In this document: in pieces, positions 25,995 to 34,201 of the stretch
How positions within the stretch are numbered: position 1 is the first letter of the stretch
How the letters are laid out: each line of letters starts with the position of its first letter
Assembly (NCBI GenBank): GCA_902602595.1
Contig: CACKRJ010000003.1
Coordinates: 68,062-132,061, forward strand
Reading direction: 5' to 3'
DNA: 64,000 bases
Source of the DNA: an uncultured SAR86 cluster bacterium
Lineage (GTDB): Bacteria > Pseudomonadota > Gammaproteobacteria > Magnimaribacterales > D2472
Program-made: the position numbers and the translations under genes
Notes under the pieces: model-generated
Told to the model about the DNA's origin: nothing
The model's input: only the letters and a program-made list of their open reading frames with translations
Database searches by the model: none

Positions 25995-26396
25995 ATGCCA
26001 ATTCAACGAATTGCACGAATAGACAATTCAAAAGATAATAATTTAATGACATTAAAAGATTTAATCGCGCAGGCTCACTCCATGGTTCCTAAAATTTCTT
26101 GTGAAAGTTTCTCGGACAACTCAGAACAGTACTTCGTAATAGATGTTAGGGAGGGAACTGAAATAGAGGAAACTGGAATTATAGCTAATGCTGTAAACAT
26201 CCCCAGAGGATTGATTGAGATGAAACTTACGCCATCTAATGATGATAAGGGTTTAAATGCAAATACGCCAATTATCGTTTACTGTGGTGGCGGAAGTAGA
26301 GCTTCTCTTGCTGGTAAGACATTGATAGAGCTTGGGTTTAAAAATGTTCAAAACCTTCAAGGTGGTTTTAGAGGCTGGAAAGATTTTTCTAGTTAA
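25995..26396 (+). CDS. Single-domain rhodanese-like sulfurtransferase
   Basis: The active-site loop is IIVYCGGGSRASLAGKTL, followed by QNLQGGFRGWKD. These are typical rhodanese C-terminal features. Confidence 0.8.
   Translation: MPIQRIARIDNSKDNNLMTLKDLIAQAHSMVPKISCESFSDNSEQYFVIDVREGTEIEETGIIANAVNIPRGLIEMKLTPSNDDKGLNANTPIIVYCGGGSRASLAGKTLIELGFKNVQNLQGGFRGWKDFSS
26370..26387. repeat. Direct repeat copy 1, AGAGGCTGGAAAGATTTT (inside the rhodanese 3' end)
   Basis: Exact 18-nt match to 27418-27435. It encodes RGWKDF in the rhodanese frame. Confidence 0.8.
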
Positions 26397-27388
26397 TCTA
26401 ATTTAGGTAACAGTAGGCTTAGATGTTCATAAGCAGCATTTTTATATTCAGGACTAGCTCCAGCCATGACCTCACCTTTTACTGCACAACTTTCATAAGC
26501 GGTCCTTCTAAGCTTGGGATCAGAGAAATCTAAAAGTTTATTTTGAGGATCATAGACTTTTTTAGTGTCTGCATTGAGTTTTAATTTACACTCAGCCCAG
26601 CTATAAGCATCCGGTATTAACCTTAGGGGTTGAGGACCATCAAACGAATGAAAGGAATTAGGATAAAGCTCAATAAACGCATTGCCCCCCTGCCCATTAA
26701 TATCTGCAACTAATTCCTGACATGGTTGAGGCGGAGTCCAGTTATCTTCCTCGCCAATATAAATTTGCATTAAATCTTTATCCCACTCATTTAAATCAGG
26801 TAATGCTAAGCAGCCTGGATACCACATGAGATAACCTGCATATGATGCACCACTTTTATTAATTGAATGCTGTAATGGGAGCCATCCGTTAAACAAAGCC
26901 GCAGTGCCGCCTAAGCTCCAACCTGCTGCATAAATTTTTTTATTGTTAATTCTTGAATCATCCCACAACAAATTAAGGCTCATAGCCATGTCATAAATTA
27001 CAGTTTCACTAGTAACATTTATCTGATTGCCAACTGTGCTATTAATACCTCTCGAATCAAAAGGATGCATAGCTAAAATGATAAAACCAGCTTGACGCAT
27101 TTGCTCTAAATACTTTAAATGATGAGCTCGCCAATTAGATGAACCATGTGAGGCTACAATAGCAGGATATTTTTTCAGCGAATCGTAATTGTCAGGAAAG
27201 TGCAAGACTCCGAATATTTTTACATTTTTTTGAGCATGCAAACCGTCACCAAATAAATTTTCAAAGCCAAGTATGTTTTTGGAGGCATATTCAATCTTCT
27301 CAGTTAAGTAGGTTGGCTTGACTTCAGCTGGCTGAGAGCAACCAAAAATAAATAACGCAAGAGATATAATCTGAATGAGCTTCATCAT
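26393..27388 (-). CDS. Alpha/beta-hydrolase lipoprotein (dienelactone-hydrolase-like)
   Basis: Lipobox LFIFGCS and nucleophile elbow AAGWSLGG. A late His occurs in NSFHSF. The 3' end overlaps the rhodanese stop by 4 nt (convergent). Confidence 0.75.
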   Translation of the reverse strand: MMKLIQIISLALFIFGCSQPAEVKPTYLTEKIEYASKNILGFENLFGDGLHAQKNVKIFGVLHFPDNYDSLKKYPAIVASHGSSNWRAHHLKYLEQMRQAGFIILAMHPFDSRGINSTVGNQINVTSETVIYDMAMSLNLLWDDSRINNKKIYAAGWSLGGTAALFNGWLPLQHSINKSGASYAGYLMWYPGCLALPDLNEWDKDLMQIYIGEEDNWTPPQPCQELVADINGQGGNAFIELYPNSFHSFDGPQPLRLIPDAYSWAECKLKLNADTKKVYDPQNKLLDFSDPKLRRTAYESCAVKGEVMAGASPEYKNAAYEHLSLLLPKLD

Positions 27389-27417
27389 TTAATTTTAAAA
27401 AATCATGTAGTGACCTG

Positions 27418-27435
27418 AGAGGCTGGAAAGATTTT
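27418..27435. repeat. Direct repeat copy 2, AGAGGCTGGAAAGATTTT
   Basis: Exact 18-nt repeat of 26370-26387. Read in the same frame it continues RGWKDFTEKTTKLK*, with the stop at 27460-27462. Confidence 0.8.
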
Positions 27436-27445
27436 ACTGAAAAGA

Positions 27446-27697
27446 CTACAAAACTAAAATAGTAAATATCATAGAAAGTAGCACTAAGTCAGGAGGAGTT
27501 TCTTGCTGATAGCTTGATTGAGTTGATTTAGTTTCTGAATCTGAGTCTAAAATTTTTGCAGGCTCTGCTTGTGCCACCTCCTCTACAATTTCCTGAGTAG
27601 AAGTTTCCTGAACTGCATCTATATCTGCAGGAAGAATTGGATTATCTGCTAAAACAAATAACGGCATGATTAACAGGCTAAGTTTTAAAAATTTCAT
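27446..27697 (-). CDS. Small secreted acidic protein with a C-terminal hydrophobic tail
   Basis: Signal peptide MKFLKLSLLIMPLFVLA, an acidic Ser/Thr/Glu-rich middle, and a C-terminus PPDLVLLSMIFTILVL*. No recognisable family. Confidence 0.4.
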   Translation of the reverse strand: MKFLKLSLLIMPLFVLADNPILPADIDAVQETSTQEIVEEVAQAEPAKILDSDSETKSTQSSYQQETPPDLVLLSMIFTILVL

Positions 27698-27769
27698 TAT
27701 TTTAATGCTCCTAAAAATAAACTTTAAATTAATCCCTATAATTGCACATATTCATAAATTTTTAAATTG

Positions 27770-28576
27770 CTATTTCTTAAATAACAATGTCATTCTGTCT
27801 GATTCACCTATCTTGGTATATTTTGATCTATCTTTATCTTTGAGTCGGTATGAAGGAGGCAGAGTCCAAACCCCTTTAGGATGATCAGCAGTATCCTTTG
27901 GATTAGCATTTATTTCAGATGTTGCAATAAGCTTAAAGCCAACCTCTAATGCAGTTTCTATTGCAAGAGACTGAGATACATAACCACTGGTTTTCATAAA
28001 TTCCATACTTGATCCCTCTGGTGCACGATGCTCCACAACCCCAAAATGCCCACCAACTTTCAAAGACTCATAAACTTCTTGCATTACTTGCTTCATTGCA
28101 TCTCGTGCTAACCAATTGTGAAGGTTTCTAAACGTAACTACTAAATCTTGTGTTTCTGGTTTAGTAAAGGCTTCAGATGGAGGTGTTTCAGCTGTAATCA
28201 CTGTCACGCCAGCAAATAATGGATTTGATGCAACTTTTTTATCATATGCCTCTCTGGAGCGTTTGTAATAACCACTGCCTTGAGGATTGTAATGCGTTAC
28301 CGAAAGATTCCCATTTTCTTTTAGATAGGGAGCAAGAATCTCGGTGTACCAACCTCCTCCCGCTGCTAACTCTAAAACATGCATGTTTGGTTTAATCTTA
28401 AAAAATGAAAGTGTCTCATAGGGATTTCTAAAATCATCTCTTGCAGAATATTTAACATTTCTATCAGAATTATTTACTGCATCTAGTAAAGGATCTTCAT
28501 GATGAGCAGCTTCTAAATAAACAAAAAAACTAACAGTAATAATTAGTAAACTTAAGGTGTGATAAATATGCTTCAT
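27770..28576 (-). CDS. Periplasmic class I SAM-dependent methyltransferase-like protein; mature N-terminus AHHE
   Basis: SAM motif I reads VLELAAGGGWYTEILAP. The signal peptide MKHIYHTLSLLIITVSFFVYLEA is followed by AHHEDP. The ATG at 28576 has GGAG 6 nt upstream. The track start at 28588 lacks a Shine-Dalgarno. Confidence 0.75.
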   Translation of the reverse strand: MKHIYHTLSLLIITVSFFVYLEAAHHEDPLLDAVNNSDRNVKYSARDDFRNPYETLSFFKIKPNMHVLELAAGGGWYTEILAPYLKENGNLSVTHYNPQGSGYYKRSREAYDKKVASNPLFAGVTVITAETPPSEAFTKPETQDLVVTFRNLHNWLARDAMKQVMQEVYESLKVGGHFGVVEHRAPEGSSMEFMKTSGYVSQSLAIETALEVGFKLIATSEINANPKDTADHPKGVWTLPPSYRLKDKDRSKYTKIGESDRMTLLFKK

Positions 28577-28763
28577 GTAAATCTCCATTTTTATATTAAT
28601 GTTAGTCTAGTATGAAAACTAATAATAGGATATCAAATGGAATGGTTTAAAAAATTAGATAGTTTATTTTTTATTTTAGGTAGATCTATGCTTGAGCTAT
28701 ATATTATAGGTCCTAGATTAAGCAAAGTTTTTGATATTACTGGAGGCTTATTGGTGCTAGCAA

Positions 28764-29039
28764 CTAAAGATAGAAACTAATAGTTTGTATAACTCCAATC
28801 AATCCTAGCCAGCCAAGATAGGCTAATCTTGCAATTGAAGTGTTTTGATGATTCCAAACTCCAAAAGCTCCAAAAGCTCCGCAGGCTCCGAGATTGGGAA
28901 TCCAAAATCCAGCCAAGCCTAAAAAACCTAGCAAGCCCAATAATCTAATTGGGCCGCCGGACTGACTTGGATGAACTTTATTAAGAAGACCTGTTAAACC
29001 GATAAGACCGAATAATCCGACCAGCCCCAGGTAACTCAT
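28764..29039 (-). CDS. Small Gly/Leu-repeat membrane protein
   Basis: Three segments follow the pattern LGLxGLxGLxG: YLGLVGLFGLIGLTGLL, LLGLLGFLGLAGFW and YLGWLGLIGVI. There is also a GAFGAFG tandem. It sits 3 nt downstream of the RRM gene. Confidence 0.45.
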   Translation of the reverse strand: MSYLGLVGLFGLIGLTGLLNKVHPSQSGGPIRLLGLLGFLGLAGFWIPNLGACGAFGAFGVWNHQNTSIARLAYLGWLGLIGVIQTISFYL

Positions 29040-29042
29040 AGA

Positions 29043-29282
29043 TTAGTCTCTAGGACGAGACTCGTTGACAACTAATTTTCTGCCTTCGACTTCAGCATCA
29101 TTTAATGCTTGAATGGCATCTTCACCACCATCAGACATTTCAACAAAACCAAACCCGCGAGAGCGGTTAGTTTGACGATCAGTGATTACTTTGGCTGAGG
29201 TAATTGTGCCGTGCTCAGCAAAAAGTTGCTCAAGACTTGCATCATCGATACTCCAAGGGAGATTTCCAACATAAATATTCAT
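29043..29282 (-). CDS. RRM-type RNA-binding protein
   Basis: RNP-2 is IYVGNL and RNP-1 is RGFGFVEM, in a 79-aa single RRM domain. Confidence 0.9.
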   Translation of the reverse strand: MNIYVGNLPWSIDDASLEQLFAEHGTITSAKVITDRQTNRSRGFGFVEMSDGGEDAIQALNDAEVEGRKLVVNESRPRD

Positions 29283-29348
29283 AAAATTCCTTCTTAATGA
29301 AAATAAAAAACGAAGTGTACAGCATTTTTCTTCATAAAACTTAATATA

Positions 29349-30278
29349 TTAAACATTTAAGAACTCAGTAGTTTGATGTCCAAACTCAGACCACCACTCC
29401 ATCCCCATAAGATGAATGCGCTTCAAGTTTACATCCGATGTATCATCCATTCTTCGATTCACTAAACCTGTTGATGAATTTACTCTTAAATAGTCTTTGC
29501 CCATAAGATCTCTTGCTATTTCATCAAACATACTTGATTCCAGCATGATGCCTAAAATATCATGACGAAACCAATTTAAAGCCCCCCACTTTGAAGAATT
29601 ATAGCCATTAATTTTTCTTCTATTGATTCCAGTTCCAATGCTAAAAACTTTTATATCACATCCTGGAAAAATTTTTTTAGCCTCTGAGTATCCAAGCAAA
29701 GAAGGGTTATTAGCAACAATACCTCCATCTATTAACCAAGTTCCGTCATCAATTTCTTGAGTAGAATAATAAATAGGCGCAGCACTGGTTGCGCTTGCCG
29801 CACTTACCATTTTAATTCCAGGTGAATTATATGAACTTAATAAACGAGGTTTTCTGTTTTCAACATCATAAGCTAAAACTGCCACAGGTTTTTTTGCTTC
29901 TCCGAGTGAAAGATCTTGAAAATATTCCAATAATAATTCGCGCTTACCCTTGCCGTCATACTTTGGCTTCGTTTGTAAAAAAGAAGCATTATCCCAGAAT
30001 GATTTGGACATGGTCTTAGCTAGATTTTCTTTGGACCAAAAATTTTCTAACTCAAAACAACTGGCCTCTAGCCCCGCAATATTTAAAGCATTTATTCCAC
30101 CAGCACTGGCACCAATAAAAAAATCAAAAATATCAAAGATTTTTTTTCCTGAAGCAATTTCTAATTGCTTAAGAAAAACCACTGCAGCGATTGCTCTTAC
30201 TCCTCCCCCGTCAAAGGATAAGACCATCTTTGTTTTTTTAGATGGAGTGAGATATTTAAAAAAACGACGAATGTCCAA
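29349..30278 (-). CDS. Patatin-like phospholipase
   Basis: Oxyanion motif DGGGVRA, nucleophile GASAGG (GxSxG), and catalytic Asp in IDGGIVANNP. Confidence 0.9.
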   Translation of the reverse strand: MDIRRFFKYLTPSKKTKMVLSFDGGGVRAIAAVVFLKQLEIASGKKIFDIFDFFIGASAGGINALNIAGLEASCFELENFWSKENLAKTMSKSFWDNASFLQTKPKYDGKGKRELLLEYFQDLSLGEAKKPVAVLAYDVENRKPRLLSSYNSPGIKMVSAASATSAAPIYYSTQEIDDGTWLIDGGIVANNPSLLGYSEAKKIFPGCDIKVFSIGTGINRRKINGYNSSKWGALNWFRHDILGIMLESSMFDEIARDLMGKDYLRVNSSTGLVNRRMDDTSDVNLKRIHLMGMEWWSEFGHQTTEFLNV

Positions 30279-30281
30279 TGA

Positions 30282-31076
30282 TCAATTGTTCCTCGGATGC
30301 ATATTATTTAAAGTTTGACTAAGTCTAATGGCACCTAAGGCAATCCTTTCTTGAACAACCTTAAAGTGGCTTTCCATGTATTCATTTGTAACAACTTTTA
30401 ATTCATTATTGCGATACCCAATCGATGGCAGCATTGCAATGTCTCGGCTTTCTTGAGCCCATGCTTCAATTTCTTCAGAGTGAGAGTTCTTCAGAAATTT
30501 ATTTATTTTTTTAGAAACATTAACCAAAAGATACTCTTCGCCAAACAAAGAGTCCATATGCTCGATAATTTGGCCATCCCATACACTATGCATGTTGGTT
30601 AGACTTCCATCAGCAAATTTAAGTTTATGATCATTCCCACCTCTGTCTTCTGGATAACCTACATGCATGGGCTGATGAATGTCTCCAACAAAATGTCCTA
30701 TGAACCATAGAGCCTCAGCTCTTAAATGAAATGTTTCAGAAGGATTTTTTAAAATATTTATTTGCTCGTGAAAGGCAGCAATCAGGCATCCATTTTCTGG
30801 ACACGAGGTTTTGTATGTATTTTGTTCTGAATCAGGAAGATTGATGTAATGCCAAGATCTTGTATCTTTCCTATCATCATTCTTAACCCAATCAGCCCAA
30901 AGGCATGCAGTGCCAAATGATCCGTGCTCTTTAATTAAAGGGTCTACAAATTTCTTTGCTGGAACAGATAATAATTTATAAGCTTCATCACATACCATGC
31001 GATGTGCCTTATCCCACCATGCATTCGCATTAAATGAAACAGTAATTAACAGCGCAAATGAAAGATTTTGAATCAT
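30282..31076 (-). CDS. Secreted S1/P1-family zinc nuclease
   Basis: The signal peptide ends NANA, followed by WWDKAHRMV. An N-terminal Trp is a Zn ligand in P1 nuclease. Other matches are HYINLP, GDIHQPMHVG, GGNDHK and MHSVWD. Confidence 0.85.
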   Translation of the reverse strand: MIQNLSFALLITVSFNANAWWDKAHRMVCDEAYKLLSVPAKKFVDPLIKEHGSFGTACLWADWVKNDDRKDTRSWHYINLPDSEQNTYKTSCPENGCLIAAFHEQINILKNPSETFHLRAEALWFIGHFVGDIHQPMHVGYPEDRGGNDHKLKFADGSLTNMHSVWDGQIIEHMDSLFGEEYLLVNVSKKINKFLKNSHSEEIEAWAQESRDIAMLPSIGYRNNELKVVTNEYMESHFKVVQERIALGAIRLSQTLNNMHPRNN

Positions 31077-31078
31077 GG

Positions 31079-32281
31079 TTAAAACGTTGCAGCTACTTTC
31101 CTAGCAATCGCTCTAAACATAGCCACATGGGCATCTTTAGAGTATTGTCGTTCTTGATTAAATTTATAATTTGATGAAGTTTTAGCAATTACAACATTAG
31201 TGATTGGATCAATATATATGTACTGGTTGTAAATCCCTGAAGCTAAATAGTCGGTAGCAGGAAAGCCAGGAACCCACCATTGATAGCCATAACCCCATGG
31301 ATTTGAGGACAAATCATTCTCGCCAGGCTGAAGATGTGGCCCATCTAGTTTATGTGAAGCATGCACCCAATCTGCTGGCACAATCTGCTTATTATTCCAT
31401 GCACCATTATTTAGGTAGAGCTGACCAAATTTAGCATAGTCACGCAAAGTAGCATTTAAACCACCGAGAGCCCAGGCTGCTCCTGTATCATCTACCATAT
31501 AGTATGCATCATGCTCCATGCCTATTTTTGTCCAAATTTTATCCTCAAGATTTTTTGCAACAGTCTCACCAGTGATCTCCTCAAGTAACATTGCTAACAT
31601 TTGAGTATCAATGCTTACATAATGATTAAATGTTCCAGGCTGTTTTCCATTTTTTAAATTTTTAGCAAAATCTCTCATAGAAGTTCCTTGAGCTAAAGCT
31701 CGAGCAAATTTATTTATATCTGAGTTATAGTCTGCGTAATCTTCATTAAAAATAATTCCGGATGACATTTGTAAAATGTCTTTAATCGGCACATTCTCAT
31801 AACCTGTTCCAATAAAATCTTTAAGATACTTTGTAATGGGATCATTGAGATCCTCGATAAGACCGTCATGATAAGCAATTCCAATTAAGGCTGAAAGAAA
31901 TGACTTAGCAACAGACCAGGATATATGCGGTTGTTCTTTTGAATTGCCTTGCCAATAATTTTCATAAAGCAAAATCCCTTCATGCAAAACTATCAAACCA
32001 TCGGTTTTAAAGTAATCCAATGCATCAGCAAAATCATACTCCTTGCCATCCATGGTGTAGGATGAGGGAAGTTCAAAGGCCTTAGTTTCAAATATATGGG
32101 GTTTACCTGAAGATTTTATTGGTGTTGTTGGAAAAACCTTATTCATATTGATGAAATTTTTTACAATCTTATCTTCATCAAATAGGTGAACGACGTTGTA
32201 AACCCTAATAGCTTTAGGAATATATATGACAGCAGCAAAAAAAATTGCTATGAATATTCCAATTAAAATTTTATTTAGCAT
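31079..32281 (-). CDS. Membrane-anchored serine hydrolase (beta-lactamase/transpeptidase-like family)
   Basis: N-terminal TM segment MLNKILIGIFIAIFFAAVIYI and SxxK motif in ISWSVAKSF. The length of about 400 aa is typical of class-C-like esterases. Confidence 0.8.
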   Translation of the reverse strand: MLNKILIGIFIAIFFAAVIYIPKAIRVYNVVHLFDEDKIVKNFINMNKVFPTTPIKSSGKPHIFETKAFELPSSYTMDGKEYDFADALDYFKTDGLIVLHEGILLYENYWQGNSKEQPHISWSVAKSFLSALIGIAYHDGLIEDLNDPITKYLKDFIGTGYENVPIKDILQMSSGIIFNEDYADYNSDINKFARALAQGTSMRDFAKNLKNGKQPGTFNHYVSIDTQMLAMLLEEITGETVAKNLEDKIWTKIGMEHDAYYMVDDTGAAWALGGLNATLRDYAKFGQLYLNNGAWNNKQIVPADWVHASHKLDGPHLQPGENDLSSNPWGYGYQWWVPGFPATDYLASGIYNQYIYIDPITNVVIAKTSSNYKFNQERQYSKDAHVAMFRAIARKVAATF

Positions 32282-32287
32282 CGTTGG

Positions 32288-33133
32288 TTATTGAAACATC
32301 GATTGATCAAAGGCTTTAAGATATTCATCAGAAATCTCTTCTAACTGACGTTTATAACCTTTGTGGGTAAAGATATAAAAATCTTTATTTTCAATTCCAG
32401 CGAAGATCGCTTGCGCTGCCTCAAGGGGAGATATTGGAAAAGTATTTTGTGCATCCTCGGCTGCAACTTCAAGCATAGCTTTTGGATCTACATCTAAATC
32501 CTCTGATGTCTGCTCCGTCTTTTGATTTGAAGTGCTATTAAATGTGCTATTTACAATATTAGTTGTTACCTCACCCGGGCAAACAATGCTTGCATCAACA
32601 TTTGAGCCATTTAATTCAGCCCTTAATGATGTCATCAACCCTCTAATACCAAATTTAGAAGCCGAATAAAGGCCTAACATTGGATAGGCAATAAAACCTG
32701 AGGTTGAGCAAGTTGCAATGATATGACCTTCTTCTTTGGAAGATTGCATTTTTGGTAAAAAAGCATGCACTCCATTAAAGCAACCACCTAAATTAATATT
32801 GATAAGCCAGTCATACATATCTCGGTTAACTTGACTCAATGGAGCCGGGCCTAACACTCCAGCATTATTAAAAAGAAGGTGACAATTTTGAAAAGTTTCA
32901 AAAGTTTGACTGGCAAGATTTTGAACTTCATCTAAGTTGCTAACATCAGTCACTCTTGCTATTGCCTCAACACCCTTACCTTTAACCAACTCAAGAGTTT
33001 TTTTTAGCCCCTCTTCATCTAAATCTGCTAATACTAATCGCATTTTATGCATAGCTGAAATTTCAGCAATACCTCGACCTATTCCACTGCCTGCTCCAGT
33101 TATTACTGCTACCTTATTTTTAAAGTTTTTCAT
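32288..33133 (-). CDS. Short-chain dehydrogenase/reductase (SDR)
   Basis: TGAGSGIGRG cofactor motif, NNAG, and catalytic YSASK. Confidence 0.9.
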   Translation of the reverse strand: MKNFKNKVAVITGAGSGIGRGIAEISAMHKMRLVLADLDEEGLKKTLELVKGKGVEAIARVTDVSNLDEVQNLASQTFETFQNCHLLFNNAGVLGPAPLSQVNRDMYDWLININLGGCFNGVHAFLPKMQSSKEEGHIIATCSTSGFIAYPMLGLYSASKFGIRGLMTSLRAELNGSNVDASIVCPGEVTTNIVNSTFNSTSNQKTEQTSEDLDVDPKAMLEVAAEDAQNTFPISPLEAAQAIFAGIENKDFYIFTHKGYKRQLEEISDEYLKAFDQSMFQ

Positions 33134-33184
33134 TTATTCCCACCTTTCAAAGCATCACTTATGATTATCTTAACTTAAATATAA

Positions 33185-34093
33185 TTAAAAATATTTAACC
33201 AAAAAATATGCCGAAGGGATAACAATAGACCACAACATTAATGCTAGCATTAATGGTTTGCCGCTAATTGATAGTAGCTCCTCAGCATTAAATTGACTTC
33301 CAATACTAAACAAACCAAATAAAAGAAAAGCCTGGCTGGATATCTGAATAATGTTTATTACCTGTTCATTAAAGGCAAATATAGTATTGGCAATTATGGC
33401 TAGAATAAAAAATATTATGAATCGAGGAAATTTTGCTGCCTGAGCCTCTTTATTAAAAATCCAATTTGCAATAAGTATTAGTGGTATTAGCCATATTGTT
33501 CTTCCTAATTTTAATGTAGCTGCAACTTGAGCAGATTCATTGCTAAAAATTAGAGCAGAGCCGATGACTGAGCTTGTATCATGAATGGCTAGTGCAGACC
33601 ATGCACCAAACTCAAAATTATTCATTTCTAAGTAATTACCAAAAATAGGAAAAATAAAAATTGCAACTGCATTGAGTAAAAAAACAATACTCATAGCTAT
33701 CAGTAATTCTTGAGGTTTTGCTTTAATAATAGGCGCAACTGCTGCCATAGCGGTCCCCCCGCAAATAGCTGCTCCTGACGACAATAAGAAGGCTAATCGA
33801 TGATGAATACCAAGAAGTTTTCCAAGCATCAGTCCTGCAAAAAACGAAACAATTACAAAGAATGAAATCCAAGGCAAATATACTGAGCTAACACCCAACG
33901 CATATGGCAGACTTATTGTTGCACCTATTAGCACAATACCAATCTGCAATGGCGTAGTGCCAACACGCAGCGTTATAAAAGTTTTTGGAGGTTTTAAAAA
34001 ATATGCAAAAAGGATTCCAGCAAATATAGATAAGGCTGCATTACCTATATATACACAGGCTAAAACAAGAAATGCAAATGTAAAATAAAGCAA
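33185..34093 (-). CDS. Polytopic membrane protein, YeiH/UPF0324-like (putative sulfate exporter family)
   Basis: About 9-10 hydrophobic segments. The AIHDTSSVIGSA motif resembles the family VHD..QVV.A element as I recall it. TTG start with GAGGA upstream. Confidence 0.55.
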   Translation of the reverse strand: MLYFTFAFLVLACVYIGNAALSIFAGILFAYFLKPPKTFITLRVGTTPLQIGIVLIGATISLPYALGVSSVYLPWISFFVIVSFFAGLMLGKLLGIHHRLAFLLSSGAAICGGTAMAAVAPIIKAKPQELLIAMSIVFLLNAVAIFIFPIFGNYLEMNNFEFGAWSALAIHDTSSVIGSALIFSNESAQVAATLKLGRTIWLIPLILIANWIFNKEAQAAKFPRFIIFFILAIIANTIFAFNEQVINIIQISSQAFLLFGLFSIGSQFNAEELLSISGKPLMLALMLWSIVIPSAYFLVKYF

Positions 34094-34201
34094 TTAAAGA
34101 TGTCCTCTAACTCAGCAAATTATTAGCTTCTAATATTAAGCTTTATTGAGTTAAAGAGACAGTCTTTCATGGTTGGAATTAATTTATCGAATAGTTTTCT
34201 T

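Noticed and set aside
28637-28780. 47-codon plus-strand ORF (MEWFKKLDSLFFILGRSMLELYIIGPRLSKVFDITGGLLVLATKDRN*) with an AGGA 6 nt upstream, in the 175-nt gap after the methyltransferase gene.
   Set aside because: It is short, overlaps the convergent 91-aa ORF by 17 nt, and has no recognisable motif. I cannot distinguish it from chance without conservation data.
29950-30318. 122-aa plus-strand ORF antisense to the patatin gene and bridging into the nuclease gene.
   Set aside because: It is antisense to two well-supported CDSs and has no start context or motifs. It is probably a chance open frame.
29349-31076. Patatin-like phospholipase next to a nuclease, which could be read as an anti-phage defence module (a CBASS-like effector pair).
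   Set aside because: There is no cyclase, sensor, ATPase or other defence hallmark nearby. The nuclease is a secreted S1/P1 Zn enzyme with a signal peptide. The genes sit in a housekeeping-like operon with an SDR and an esterase. A nutrient-scavenging role is more parsimonious.
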